DNA of 64,000 nt from Amoebophrya sp. A120 (GCA_905178155.1 CAJINV010000005.1:4257556-4321555), one strand, 5' to 3'; positions 34,474 through 48,077 are shown, counted from the stretch's first letter. Made by a program: numbers and translations. The notes: generated by a model from the sequence alone, not told the origin.

Positions 34474-37400
34474 TTATAATCTTCTATTAGAAGTCGTGGC
34501 TGGGTGGCTCCTCCTTGAACATAGCATCCTTGAGCGCTTCCAGGGAATCTCCGTTGGAAAAATGTCAGGGGAGCAGATGCTGCAGCGCATTCGCATCCTC
34601 GTTCCTCTACGTAACAAAGACTGCACATCAAAGACCACTGCGCCTGCCACATACTTAAAATGTTCAACCTCTCGCGACGCCTCGCACAGCACAAATGGCA
34701 CGACGCTGACGCGTTCGTACTGCCAAGCAACATGCCAAATGCAGAACAGCACGGCGCCAAAGAAATGCCTGCAGCTTCTCTGACCCTGACCCATCCGCAC
34801 AAGATAGCGATCGCCTGATGTCGATCGGTATATCAACCGCACCCGCGACCGGCGGACCAGCACCTTCGCCGTGATACATCGACTGTGCGTTCTTTCGTCG
34901 CGTCCGGTTCTGCTGCCGTACCTCCACGGGGGTTCGCGGTGTTTCCAAAATTTCCTCCTCGCGATAGCGCGCAAAGTAATCCAAATTCTGACTTCCGTCG
35001 TGATCCGCCTGCTGCGTGACAAAGGTGCTGCTTTCCTTAGCCGCCTGCGAAAGCATTGACTGCGAGTCCGAGGAAAGCGCGAAGGGAATCGCCTGCAAAA
35101 AGCTAGTAGGCCCGCCACCCTGCTGCTGTTCCTGCTGTAGCCGCTGCTCTACGAGCTGATCGATCTGCTTGCGCCATCCACAGGAAAAAACACTAGACAG
35201 TCTCCGATTACTGTGACTCAGACATCAGATTGCAATCACTCTAAGAGGCGCAGCATGACGCCGATTGTGCCACTGAACTCTGATAACTTTCCCACGTTCT
35301 ACTTGTTGCGCTGTCGTGTGATCAAATGAACATGTAAATGATGACCTCATTTTCGACTTTTATTCATCTTATTAATGTAGAAAAACTCAGAAACGTCATC
35401 ATCATACTTGCTAGTTGCTGTGTCACCATGCAACAAGAGCGACGGGGAGTCAGTTTTTTCCCCTGCTTAGGCGTCGTCGCGCGAAGATCTCGTCCATGGT
35501 GTCGTCATCCAGGTACTTTCCGATCAAGTATCAAACGAAAAAAGTTTGTCACGATCACCCATGCGCATTCTTGCAATACTGTTATGCGTACAAACTGCAC
35601 CACAGCCAAACTCCATAAGGGATTGCTCTAGTGTTTCTGCAATACAAGGAAGCGCTGTGATGCTAAAAAAATTGTAATGCAAAACCTGCAAGGTAGTGAC
35701 TGTGGCAAACTTTTTTCTCTCCATATCAAGTCCACTGGTTGCACTATCAGTTTCTTCTTTGCCCCTGGAGGGCTGGAGGATTCCTGTTTTACCATTCGGA
35801 AGCTGCAGAGTGTCGAATATTGCTACCGTGAACGCTTATTCAAAAACGAGTCGCCCTTCGGCGAGTGTAAGTACGTAGTGCCGCGGACGTTGCAGCAGCT
35901 GCTAGTGTGCAGCTGCATTCATTGCACTAGCTGTACCTATCGACATGGAACTCGATATCAACAATGCCGCACCTGCACAAATCGACTTCATAAGCGAACT
36001 GCCAGTTTCTTTTTTGTTCTGTTACGATGATGATGATTTCGCAATCGGCTCGGCGTCGCCGCTACTGGTAAGTCTCTCAAGAAAAATAAGAAAAAAACGC
36101 AGGTACACAGGGCAAGTATTAATGACTCAAGCAACGTCATCTACCGCGGCCATTCGTTCTGTTCGCTCGTTAACTCTTGTCAGTGTGTCCGTATACAGTG
36201 CCTTCTGTATCAAAAGGAAAAATCCCCCCTCCCCATATCGAAATGGAAATCTGTGATGCAGGATTTGGGTACACAAATCGGATTTGTCTTGCAGTAAGGC
36301 ATCGCAGCCAGATCCTCGGCATAGGTCGGGGCGTATGGGTCTAGTTGCTTAGCATTGCAAACGGGTGTCCCCTAGGCCCAACAGCATGACAAATCGCCTC
36401 CATAATGGGGCGGAAGCCTCTGCCCTTGTCGTCTTGCAAAACAAATGCGATTTGTGACCTCAAATCAGCAACACAAATTTTCGGAAACATGCCTTTTCAA
36501 TATGGGGAGGGGGGATTTTTCCTCTCAGTATTCTGCAGATCTTCCTCCGAAGATCCCAATCGCTGTGTCCTGTATCAAATGTAAAAATGTCTGGGTCTGG
36601 AAGAATCCAACTTGTGATGCGCATTTTCGAACACAGAAAAATCTCTCATGCATAGGTAGCAAAAGCTGCTCAATTCTGTCACCAAAATGGGGGATTTCTC
36701 ATGCGGGTTCGGCATTGCGGAGGCTTCTCGAAACCTGTGATGCTAGAGCTTCCATGCCAGACCTTCTGTGTCATGCAAAGACAGCATGAATCTTCCATAC
36801 CCAGACATTTTTACATTTGATATCCTGGTTTGTTATATCATTTGACGGCAGTTCCACCGCACCTTCCTCGCAAAAAAAAAACCAGTTCATTGTAAGTACT
36901 CCTACAACTCAGATAAGGGAACGAGCACGTTGGTTCCATCGATTGAATAAAGTTCCATCTTCTAAGTTGCCTCTCAAAGCAGGTGCTCCTGAGAGCGCTC
37001 CTGTTGTAGCAAACGCAATTGAAAATTGAGATCACGTAGGAGCTTCATCTCACCCTTCCGCGTTTCTTGTCGCGAGCGCGGTACTGGGACTGCTTTGCCG
37101 AAGCCGCGCAGGCCGTACTTGTCGAAACGCTCGCCTTGTTTTCGTGACCTGTTGCTTTTTGTCCCGCGCTGCATGCGATCCGTTTCCCGTCATGTAGAAC
37201 TTTTTCACGTGCTCAGTCTCGACCGTGATGCGGCCGCGAAACAGCTTCTTCGGGAACCCGGGCTGACTGACGCGCACGGCGCGCAGGGCGGGGAAGTGCT
37301 GCAGGAGCGAAAACTCAGCTTCGATCCGGCGTGCGTGCGTCGCAGATCCAAACGTGCCCCCGCCCTCTCCCGACGTGGTAGAAGTGGAACCGACGACGAG

Positions 37401-40400
37401 ACCTGGCCCACCCGTGCCGTCGTCGTGAGTCGTAGTCAATACCGCTTCAACGGTGTTTTGAAAATCGTTGTGCTGCAGCTCTAGCACCTCCAGCTTCACG
37501 AAAAGCTGCTCCTCCTCGTCCTCGCGTAGTATCAAATGTAAAAATGTCAGTGTGGGTCTGGAAGGTTGCCAGGTTTGTCATGCATATCTTGCATGACTCA
37601 GGATGTCTGTAATGCATGATCTAGCATCACATATTTCAAGAGGCCTTCCTGATCCTGATGCCTATCCCGCATGACAAATGCCCTTCTCGCCTAGCACAAA
37701 CTGGGCGCCTCTTGCTGGTCATGCAATACAGATTTTTTTAGAGTCCAAAGTTAGCATCACAAGTTGCATTCTTCCAGACCCAGACATTTTTACATTTGAT
37801 ACGTAGCCGCCGAATGCGATTCTGTTTCAAGGACAAGTGCTTCAGGTTGCGCAAGCAGTCCAGCGATCGCCACTGATCGAACTGCACCAAGTCGTTGCTG
37901 TCGAGCACAAGCGAAGTATCAAAAGGAAAGAGAGATCCCCCCTCCCCCATATCAAAACGAAGTTTCTGACGCTGGATTTGTGGATACCATGGCTGCTGGC
38001 ACGTAGAATGAAGCGGACAGTCCTCAACCAATACACATTGGAGGAGGTAGGGATGAACCCAACACCCTGGAGGTGAGAATCGAGGATGGCATTGACCTAC
38101 AGAATATCATTAACGAGCAAAATACCGCACACGCTGGATTTGTGTACACAAATCAGATTTGTCTTGCAGTAGAGGACTGCAGGCACATACTAAGCATGAG
38201 TAGAGGAGTGTTGGCGTAGGCGTCTGGCATGGCAAATGTCTATGCTTTAGGCCCAGAAGCATCACCAACCGCCTGCATCCATCACAAACCGCCTGCATCA
38301 TGCGGCGGATCTTGTGGAGTTGCCTTCTTGCAATGTGGCCACAAATCAGCATCGCAAATTTTCTGAGGCGTGCTTACCTTTTCGATATGGAGAGGGGGGA
38401 TTTTCCCTTACAATAGGAAGAAAGTTTCGGAAAACCATCCAAGCTCTCTTCCGGAGGAATGCCTTTCGTAAATCGATATAATAAATCACCAGTCAGCTGT
38501 GCGACAGTAACCCTAACCGACTTCAAAGCCAGTTTTTCTCTTCCTGAGCGACAGGTGGCACTCTTCTTTCGTTCCTACAAATGCTGTGGTAGCAGTTCTT
38601 GTAGCAAGCGAAAGCCACATCGAGCCGAACACGGACCCAGACAAAGCCCGCCTGTTGACGTTGAGTGCACTACATCTACAACGGGAAAGAAAATAAAGAT
38701 GGCCCTGGCCCTGGCCGCAATGTTGGAGTTGGAGAGCATTAAATTGAATTGGAAACAATTGAGCTTCGGAGTACTTCTACACAAGCTGAATTGCTGAATA
38801 AAAATGCTAAGAGGGCGAGGTGTAGGGCTTACTAGAAATGCAGTTGGCCGTGAGGTTGAGCTTCTCCAGCTGTGGCAGACAGGCCAGCGCAATCAACACG
38901 TCACCGTGCAGCTCGTTGTAGCTCAAATCCAGCGAGGCCAGCGTGTCGAAAGACGAAATATGGCTGGAGAGCGGGTTCCGGCGGCTGCAAATACAGTTTC
39001 GTTTTGCGATACTCGTCTTCTTTTTTACTCAATTGCAAACGAAGACAAAAAATTTGATACAGTAGTCACTTCCTCAAAGTTTCCAATACAAGCACAAACT
39101 TTAGTATTTCCCTGTAACGAGGAATTAAATCGTACCAGTTCAGTCTGCTGATATGGTTGCAGGAGAGGTTCAGCGTCGTGAGCCGGGGCGTAACAAACAA
39201 ATGTTCCAGCACCTTCCGTATCGTATTGAAAAACACCCCAACCGCGCTAGAATTTTGACATCCTTTCTTATACATGCTAAACAGACTGCTCCGCTACCGA
39301 GTCAGGATTAGCGAGGGTCCACGCAGCTAGGGAGCACCTGAAAACATCATTTGTAGTGCAAACTTTCCCCCTGGTGTAAAAACCCCCCTCTTCATCTCTC
39401 TTGCAGATTGTAGCAGCGCAAATTTTTGTTTGATACTACAGAGTGGCAATAATTTACTATGTATTTGTGGAAGGGCCCGGAAACGGCAGGGCTCGTCATG
39501 TGCAAGATTGATGCTTTGCACGTCTTGAATCCGGATCAGCAATTCGTAATCCTTTTTCTTATGCAAAAACTTCCCTCCTGGAAACTTGGCAACGCGGCCA
39601 TTTGAAACCTCGGGATGCGGGGCCTTTTCCATTTTGATATCCCGTATTACAATGAAAAACGCACCCACCCCCGAACTTGGGAGCATTTGTGTTGCAAACC
39701 TTTCCAAATGAAACATTCGCCTTCTTGCATCTATCAGCCTCACAGGTTTTCAATCATGAATAGCAAAAATTTGTATTGCAAAAGACCCCAGCAAGAGCGG
39801 CGCTTGTCATGCAAGCGATGCGATACACGCCTACATTCTGCATCAGAAAGATTCGCACTCCTTTCATGCATGACAAAAAGTTTTCATTTGCAAACTTCGC
39901 ATCACAAATTTTTGCAATTTAGGGGAGCGGGGCCTTTTCCATTTTGATATCCCGGTAATTGAGTTTGTTGTCCGACAGGTCCATACTGTCCAGGTTGGGA
40001 AAAAAACGCATGTCGTCCGAAACCTCCACAATGTCTAGCGAGTATCGCAAGAAAAAACTGCTTCACTGTGAATTTGTGATGCAGAAAATGGAACACAGAA
40101 CTATTTGTCTTGCTACACCTGCAACGCCTTGGATTTTCAAGCGTGTTTTCCCTTGGGAAGCGCGCATGACAGACTTTCAGTGTCATGTGTAACAAACTTG
40201 TGATGCAGATCTAGCAAAATCATACATAACAGTGAAACACTTTTTTCGTACGATAGCGAGGACAGGTTCGCCACTACTGCGTCGTCCGGAAGGCCGAAGC
40301 CACCACTCGCTAACACCAGAAACCCGTCCAGCAGCCGGCCAGTCTCGGCCGCGCCGCCGGTGGTGGCGCCGCCATCCACGACGCTCGTTGAGGCCGCGGA

Positions 40401-40406
40401 CGACAT
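34474..40406 (-). CDS. XRRA1-like leucine-rich-repeat protein (3' end approximate)
   Basis: Spliced reading LLDGFLVL..LPDDAVVANLSSLDIVEVSDDMRFFPNLDSMDLSDNKL..LTTLNLSCNHI..LASLDLSYNEL..FPKLSSLVLDSNDL..LRNLKHLSLKQNRI matches the XRRA1 LRR order as I recall it. Confidence 0.65.
36208..36530. mobile_element. Family-B TIR introner, TSD TTCTG
   Basis: Family-B TIRs and exact TSD. Confidence 0.92.
36573..36822. mobile_element. Family-A TIR introner, TSD TCCTG
   Basis: Family-A TIRs and exact TSD. Confidence 0.92.
37530..37801. mobile_element. Family-A TIR introner, TSD CGTAG
   Basis: Removal gives QNRIRRLREDEEEQLF. Confidence 0.92.
37917..38415. mobile_element. Family-B TIR introner with nested insert, TSD CGAAG/GGAAG
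   Basis: Removal gives FPKLSSLVLDSNDL. Confidence 0.88.
39219..39639. mobile_element. Family-D TIR introner, TSD TTCCG/TCCCG
   Basis: TATCGTATTGAAAAACACCCC...GCGGGGCCTTTTCCATTTTGATA. Confidence 0.8.
39645..39949. mobile_element. Family-D TIR introner, TSD TCCCG, in tandem with the previous element
   Basis: TATTACAATGAAAAACGCACCC...GCGGGGCCTTTTCCATTTTGATA. Confidence 0.85.
40043..40255. mobile_element. TIR introner (family H), TSD GCGAG
   Basis: TATCGCAAGAAAAAACTGCTTCACTGT...ACAGTGAAACACTTTTTTCGTACGATA; removal gives NLSSLDIVEV. Confidence 0.88.
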
Positions 40407-41765
40407 ACGCAAGCTGCTTTCGACGTCGGGAGGGAAGCAGGAGACGTCAACTCAGCAACAAAATAAACGCCACTTAACAACAAAAACGAAGAAGTGCACG
40501 GGCTGCCTGTCGCGAGAATTGTTCCGCAGAAGAAATACGCATGCTGTTGGCCCGGCGACTTCAAGTTCTTGAACGCAACCAACAAGAAGAACTGTGTCTA
40601 AGAAGTATCAAATTCGTCCATGTCTTCGGAAAACGGTGCCGCTTGCTTGGTATACGTTAAAATCAGCGAGGCGTTTAGATTGCTCGGACCGTCAGTAACG
40701 TGTCGTGTGTTACGCCCAATGCAGTTATTCTTGCTCCAAACCGCTGGACGTACTTCGCGGGCGCATCGCAGCTCCGTGTGGTAGTGCCCGAACAGAAATA
40801 TGAAGGTTTGCCGACGAAATTTCCCAGGCCGTTTGTGTTCTTTTTTTCTAGCGCTTTTTGTAAAGATGCTAGGAAAACAAGAACGTCTCCGCACTCAGCC
40901 GCTCCGCTGCGACCCGTATGAATTTTCGCTCATGGCTTCGCACAGACTTACAGAAGAAAAAAACATCAATCGTACAAGAAATATCGCAACAGATGCTGCC
41001 TGATTTATTTGTCTCCGGCCGTACCTCGATCTTCGTACTTCGCCATTTTTCTTCTGAAACATCAAGCCGCTTTGCTTCCTCTCAGCCGGTTTTACAATGC
41101 CCCTCAGATTTACATATCAGTTGGTCCCCGCAAGTCATCACTTTGCAGTGTCGCTCCCGCTCATCCGGCCTATCTCAAAGAGAAACTGAAAATAACTCGG
41201 GGAAGCCGAAGCTCTGTGGCACAAATGTGTTGCAAAGGAATATTTGAGGCCGGCAGCTCTAAACTGATCCTCGGAGTCGTTCTCTCGTTCTATCCCAACG
41301 CAGACGCTGCCCGCATCCCGGGCGGACGGTATAAGTACATCGGGTGTTTCATGGAATGCAAACACACTAGTGCAACTAGGATCTCCATCTTCTAGGCACC
41401 ATATGGTTCTTTCCCACTCCAACGAGTTGCTACAGCCGTCTTTATATCTTCTCACTCTTGCCACCTTAACAAGGCGTATGCATGGTGGTGAGCAAGCTTG
41501 TACGTCGATGAACTCAATGAAAATGATACCATGCACAAAGCACGAATAGGGGACCGTGTAGAAAACCGGACTGATCTTGTAAAGTTTGCTCGCGAGAAGT
41601 GGTCAAATGTAGCGCCCTTGACTTACGCCGAGAATCTCGTGCTGGCTTTGTTCACTAAAAATTTAACCCTGCGCAAATGAATCTCTGTGACCTCCCACCA
41701 AAAATCATTGCGTCTTCGCTAAATAAATTGCTCAGGAAAACGGCTTGAGCAGTGATAGAATTTCG

Positions 41766-44700
41766 TCACTCTTGCTGTAGCTTCTTGACCTCAACTTTGG
41801 CATCGGAGACTGCATACTGCGAGTGCGCAACTTTTGTGAACTCTGCGATGTCCAACTTCAGCTGCAGGAAGATTTTCGCCTGGTCATCCTCGGATGCATT
41901 CAGGCTCTTGACGCGCTGCAAGGAGCGATAACTCGCTTCTACCTGCTCAACCACTGTCGTTGCCTGCGTTTCAAACACGAAGGCCGTCTCGTGCACGAGC
42001 TTTTGCACCCACGGCGCACTGTCCCAATCCACTCCAAGAACCGTCTTCGCATGCGACACCCTGTGCATCAAAGAAGTAGTTATTAGGCGAATTAACATAT
42101 AGCTTTTTCTTTTTCTTCTTTCTCCTACGTGTTCATTCAGATACATGGGATCATGTTGTTGATTATTTGTCATTAATTGTGCAAGCTCGGAGGATCCAGA
42201 GCTGCATAATTCGAAATTTCTATACGTCTCCTCGAGAGGGGTGAACAGCGTTCGAACGTAGGGCAGGGGACTCGTTGGTGTGGGGCGGTTCATCATGCGG
42301 TACAAGCTTGGTATTCTCTTCACGTTTTCGTACAGAATCTCATTGATCTTGCCCTGAACCTGCTTCAGCAGGCTGTCGTTGACCTTGTCAGAAACCTGCG
42401 TCAGCTCGGCCCGCGTGTCCTCGAAAACCTGGTCCACCAAGGTCAGCAACGCATCGCCTTGGTCCGCCTGCGCCTGCGTCAAATCGGACGCCGCACCGCC
42501 CAGGTCGAAAAAGTCTGACTCTGCCGACTCGTGCTCATTCACGTGGTCTCAAAGTGGAAAAAACCCTCCCGTCCAATCTAAAAAGAACTTGCTGCGTCCT
42601 CGAGATGCTGGGCGCACTACACAATGTTATGCCAATTCAAGGGAATTGCATTCCTGCTCTTCAGTGCAGAGATAAAGTTCAAACGTTACTAAAAATCTTG
42701 GGAGATCACTGTAGCCGAAGCGAACTGCGTTTTTCGTGTTCCACGACCTGCTGTCTTTTTGAGTTGAAAGTGAGACCGCGAAGCGAAAACTCGAACCTGG
42801 ACGTGGAGGGGCCACGTTTTGGTATTTTGCTGTGATACGCTACTTGCAGTAGTCGACCCCGCCACGACCATGATCTCTTGCAAAAGGATGTCGCTGAGAC
42901 CGCTCCGTGGACGTACCAAAACGAAAACTGCTTCCAAAAAAGTGCATGCATGGTGCGCATGTTAAAGAAGATCATGAATTGATGTTCTAACTCTAAGCCA
43001 AGATACCCGACGGGACAAAAAATGAAACATGCGCGCAGTGAGTGGGTTATCACGGAAACATATCAACTGTAAAAATGTCTGGGTCTGGAAGAATGCGAAC
43101 CTGTGATGCGTGTTGCGGATGATACAAAAATCTGTGTTGCATGACTTGCAAAAGGTCCCCATTTCTCGCCATGCTCAGAGGGCATTTCTCATGCATAATG
43201 GGCATCACTAAGGGGCTGCAGAACCTGTGATGCTAGGCCCTGCATTCCAGACTTGGTGGAGCTTGGAAAAACTGCATGACAAATCTCGGAATCTTCCAGA
43301 CCCAGACATTTTTACATTTGATAAAACACTTCTCTTTCTGATACTGCTGCACGTTTTTGAGCCGGAGGCGTTGCTCGGAGAGGAGGATGAACCGCCGGCG
43401 CCCACTTGCTGTTCGCACATTTGGGTGAAATATGGGATCAGATTATTACCATCTGGTATTAAAATCTGGTAATGGATAAAACCAGTATTTTATTCTACAT
43501 GTTCCAATGAAATGAAAACGATACTAGTTGTTGAATCTACTTCTGAGCACCAGCTCTGGATGCTTACCCTGCGACGGACGGCGTCTCCGAAGTCCAGTTG
43601 CTTCTTCAACAGGGCAAGGTCCGCAAGAAAGAGGGGCCCGTGCCTCTCCAGATCGGCGGCTACCCACTCCTTGCTACCACTCTGCAGCGTGTTGGCCTGG
43701 ATGCTGGCGCAGGTTTGCAGGAACGAATGTGGGACCTCGCGAATCCAGGAGTGAAAGAGTTTCACAGTCAAGGTCAGAAATTTAACATCCTCGAGAAAAG
43801 TACTTACACTCATGCCAGCCAAAAGCATCAAACATGACTATACGTACCAAAACGCCGCTACTGCAGTGCAGACACGACTGTGGAGATGACATTTTTTGTC
43901 ATGCAATAATTATGCGCTACGCCCATGTTGATAGATAAGAATGCCCAAAAAATCAAGGGTCAAAGTGGACAGACAACAAGCACGTTTTGGTGATGCCAAG
44001 AAATCAGTTCTTCTTCTTGCGTGACATCAAATGACTTCCCAACAACATAGTAGGGGTGTAAGTACTACTTTTTTGTGGGATACTATCCAAGAAAAAAACT
44101 GTGTTAGTGTAACTATCTTTGGCTGACAGCATCACAAATTTCATGCGTGGTTTGTAAGGGAAAACACACATGAAAAGAGGAATGCGTGGCTGTCTGGCAT
44201 GACAGGCGTAACTCTATTGCGTGTTCTGCATCACAGATTTACACTTACACAGTTTTTTTCTTGCATAGATACTTGGCGAATAGACCGTCCAAGAAAATCG
44301 CCCTGTCCCGCGTCCACATCCGACGAATATCAACTGTAAAAATGTCTGGGTCTGGAACAAAGCAACTTGTCATGCTAAATCTGAACCATGTAAACATCTG
44401 TGTTGCATGATTGCCAAAAGCTGTCCACTTTTGACCTAATCGAGAGGCAGTTTCTCATGCAGGATAGGCATGATAGAGCTTTCACAGAATCTGTCATGCT
44501 CTGTCCTACATACCAGACCTCATGGGTCATGGAAAACCTGCATGACAAGTCTGGCACTCTTCCAGACCCAGATATTTTTGCATTTGATAACGAAGCTGCG
44601 TCAGCAACGCTTCCGTCGCAGGCAACCGACAGTCGGCACCTTGCTGGTGGGCGGTGCGCTGCACTTCCTCTCCCTGTCCGAAGAAGCGCTTTGACGAGGC

Positions 44701-47700
44701 GGCGGCCTCCCCAAACTGATAGGTCAGCTCCTTTTCTCGAATGGAGAAGTACACCTGAAGGAGATTGTTCCGGATCGATAAAAGCTCCGTACAAACGAGA
44801 CCATTGAAGATGGTGGGCCGATGAAAAATCAAATTAGAAAACTTTCGTCGTCCAACGCTGCGACGCCACTGGTCGAAGCAGAAAAGAAACCACTTCAGGC
44901 AAGACGAAACCAAGGCTTTATCATGTATGACCACGGAAAAAAACACCGGTGATGTTCCGAAGTTGCCACCACCAACTCTTTCTATTGCCACGTCACTACG
45001 GTGCGAATTGAAGTCAAGCCACTCATGGGTCGTGCGGAAATGATCACACCATGAAAAAATGCATGTACGTTGATTTGCCACTTTCGGTGGAGAGCCTCTT
45101 GGTCCGCGCGCCACACGACTTTCTCTTCTGCGGCCATTTCATGCTCCAGGGCCCGTATAAACCGTTGGTAGGCAAGGTAATTTTCTGCGAATACATCCAA
45201 AATGCCGGTTGGGATAAACACCGTCGGACAGTTCTGCAACAGGTACTCTAGCACTGGCTTCCCAACGCCTTGCGAGAGCAGATTCACACCCGGCTCGCAC
45301 GCACGCACGAACACCTGCGCCATGGGTGGAGGCGTTGGTGCCGACCTGCCGTCGGGGCGCTGGCTGGGGTCCATCTGATTGGATGCCGTCCTCCTTGCCG
45401 GGGTCAGCAGCCGCTCCTCTATCACGCTGAAATACTTCTTCACGGACACTCCCTGAATCTTCTGCTGAGCCTCGGAAAGCACTTTTTGCACGAAAAGCTC
45501 CGCGAAGATCCCCACAAACTCGTGCTCCACCCCGAGTAGCAGGAAGGAACGGGAAAGCTGAACATAAAAAATTATTGTGCATCCTTGTAATCACATCAAC
45601 TTTAATTATGTTTCGCCGCCATCATAATTACCCCGTCCGCGCGGTCTGGTAGATGAGCTCGCTGCACCATACAACATCACAATTATCAGGAGGGAGGGCC
45701 GACACCAATACCAGACTCGGCGGTCTTTATTCACTAAAATGTGCCGTCCTCTTGGCCTTGGGGTAGGTACCGTATTTACGTCAGAGCAAAAGCAAAATAC
45801 ATGTCATGACTTTTTGATTTCATAGGTGTACATGTCCGGTGGCAATCACCAGCGCGCCGCGGCGGTCGGGTTCCGCAAGGCCCCCCTCCATCTGCAGCAC
45901 ACTTCGCAAATATCCTGAGGAAAAACGTCTTCGCCCCAGATTTGTACTATTTTATGCTAAATTATAAGCAGAAGTGCGGCGCACTCTCACTTTGCCACCC
46001 CGGTGCAAACTTCCGAAGATGGCTGTCACGCAGGGATAAATCTTGTTATGCAAAACTGTAAGCCCAAAAAATGTTTCTCATGTGCACCCCCATGAAGACA
46101 GAGCACTCTCTGACTCAATCCGAGACTTTGTCATCCTCGAGTCAGACTTAGGCGATCGATTCGTGATGCTGCTGCACCAGCTTGCTACCTAACCACGCTT
46201 ACACGGCCAGCCCAAACTTCTACTCCTGCGCAATACTTGTTCATTTGTGTACCTACCGCAATACTCTCATCTCGACTCCGGGGAGATGGAGACGTTTTAA
46301 AAGAGGATAGCAAACGCCCCCGCAGGACGTCGAGAGCTTTTTGGGAAAAGTCGGCCACTTCAGCGTCCAACTCGGATACGGCCACCCGCAGTTCCTTGTC
46401 GTGCGCAACCACACGCTCAGGAATACTGTTCACGAAGAACCGCACCTTGCGGATCTTCGACGCCACAAATTCCAGCGTCCCGTATGTCTTGAGAAAGTCG
46501 TCAAGGTACAACCCACTGTCCGCAGCTGCGCTCGTCAGACCCGCCAGCGTTTGCCGAGTCTTGGCCACGGATTTTAAATTCTCCTGCAGAGAAACAATGA
46601 TGCGCTTCTTCTCCGCAATGCTTCGGCGCTGCTGAATGCCAGCCCGAGCTTTCACGCAGAGCTGCGATGAAATATTAAATGGTGGAATTGCAATTCTATT
46701 TATGCCAACGTTCAATCACTCTTCCGATGCACGTGCTACGGCTCTTGGGAACAGCACTATCTTGTTCTTCCGTGGCCGCTACCACACAAGACGAGGGTAA
46801 GTTCGGGACTCGGCCGAAGTATCGTTATCATCACGTGCTGCATCTGGCAACATGCAACAGTCACATGCAAAAATCCACCTTTCACGATCACTTTTTAGAT
46901 TTTGCAGCCACGCCGATCACCGAACAATCTCATGGCAACGATCATGAACTTGATTCCAACAAAAAAGATGAGTAGAGTCGCACAGTTTATTACCTCATCC
47001 AGCTTAGCTGCGAAATCATCACAGGTGGCACGGTTCTCTTGCAGCGGTTCGATGATCGGATGGGTTAGCTGCTCCAGCTGCTTCATATGCATTGCAAATA
47101 TGTCTGGGTCTGGAAGGATGCAACTTCTGATGCTGGATTTGGATTCTGCAATACATGTGTATTGCATGAACAGCAAAAGAGCTCCAGTTTTGGCCACGGC
47201 GAGAAGGCATTTCTCATGCGGTATAGGCATCAGGAAGCCCTCGCAAAGTCTGTGATGCTAGGACATGCATCACAGGAGACATCAGGAGTCATGCAAAACG
47301 TGCATGACAAACCTTGCATCTTTCCAGACCCAGACATTTTTGCATTTGATACTTCATTTTCGAGGACAAAGCCACAAAGTCACTGTATTTCGCGTTGATG
47401 ATATATCAGACAGAAAAAAGCTGGCAGGTCACATTTGTAATGCAAAAATAAATACACAAAAAAATCTGTATTGCGTATCCTAAACAGCATGCTATGAGGC
47501 CGCCCATAGATTTTTCTGTGTATTTATTTTTGCATTACAAATATACCCTGCCGGCTTTTTTCTCTGGGATATGATATCCCGGGTAAAAACGCTCCCGCGC
47601 CCCCAGTCAAGACGAAAACTTGGCAAGAAAAACAAAAATGAATCACGAAACTCCCGGAGGTTGCTTGCATGACATTGACAAGTTGAAGGGATCCAAAGCG

Positions 47701-48077
47701 GAGTCGTGTTTAGCCTGTATCACGACCGCATCAACGATTCCTGATTCGGGCTGCATAGCAAATTCGTAGACACCAGTTCCTACTACGCAACGCCTCTCAG
47801 CGAGCTGCGGACAAGACACATGCGGATTTGCTTGGCACGCCCTGGGGCGGGTACTACGTTTTGAATACGCAGGATAAATGAGTTCAACCAACTCAGTCTT
47901 CACCGATTCGGACTTTGCGGTGAGAACCTTCTGCAGTTGCGGCAACGGGATGGAGCGTCGGTACTGCGAAATCCAATCCTTCGCGTCGAAGCTCCGCTGC
48001 ACCTGCTGCTCCTCTGGCAGTCCGCCTCCGCTTGCGCCCGCCTCGAAGGCGGAAAAATCAATCGCGGCCGCCACCAT
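41766..48077 (-). CDS. COG2: Conserved oligomeric Golgi complex subunit 2
   Basis: N-terminal FDAKDWISQYRR..L..VKTELVELINAKYSDFVALS; KWQINVYF; C-terminal KRIPSLYRMMNRPTPTSPLPYV and SEDDQAKIFLQLKLDI. Confidence 0.85.
43061..43323. mobile_element. Family-A TIR introner, TSD AAACA
   Basis: Family-A TIRs and exact TSD; close relative of 57824-58084. Confidence 0.92.
44328..44589. mobile_element. Family-A TIR introner, TSD ACGAA
   Basis: Removal gives EALLTQLRRMWTRDRAIFL. Confidence 0.92.
45911..46309. mobile_element. Family-C-like TIR introner, TSD GCAAA
   Basis: TATCCTGAGGAAAAACGTCT...AGACGTTTTAAAAGAGGATA; removal gives LRGRLRSVLQM. Confidence 0.85.
47086..47351. mobile_element. Family-A TIR introner, TSD CTTCA
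   Basis: Removal gives LSSKMKQLEQL. Confidence 0.92.
47404..47571. mobile_element. 168-bp foldback MITE with about 65-bp arms, TSD TGATA
   Basis: TATCAGACAGAAAAAAGCTGGCAGG..TTTGTAATGCAAAAATAAATACACA and its reverse complement. Confidence 0.85.
47575..47876. mobile_element. Family-C-like TIR introner, original TSD GATGA/AATGA
   Basis: TATCCCGGGTAAAAACGCT...ACGTTTTGAATACGCAGGATA; removal together with the foldback gives ELVELINAKYSDFV. Confidence 0.8.

Noticed and set aside
36823-40406. Tubulin chaperone TBCE as the identity of the LRR gene
   Set aside because: No CAP-Gly or ubiquitin-like domain is seen; the motif order fits XRRA1-like proteins better.
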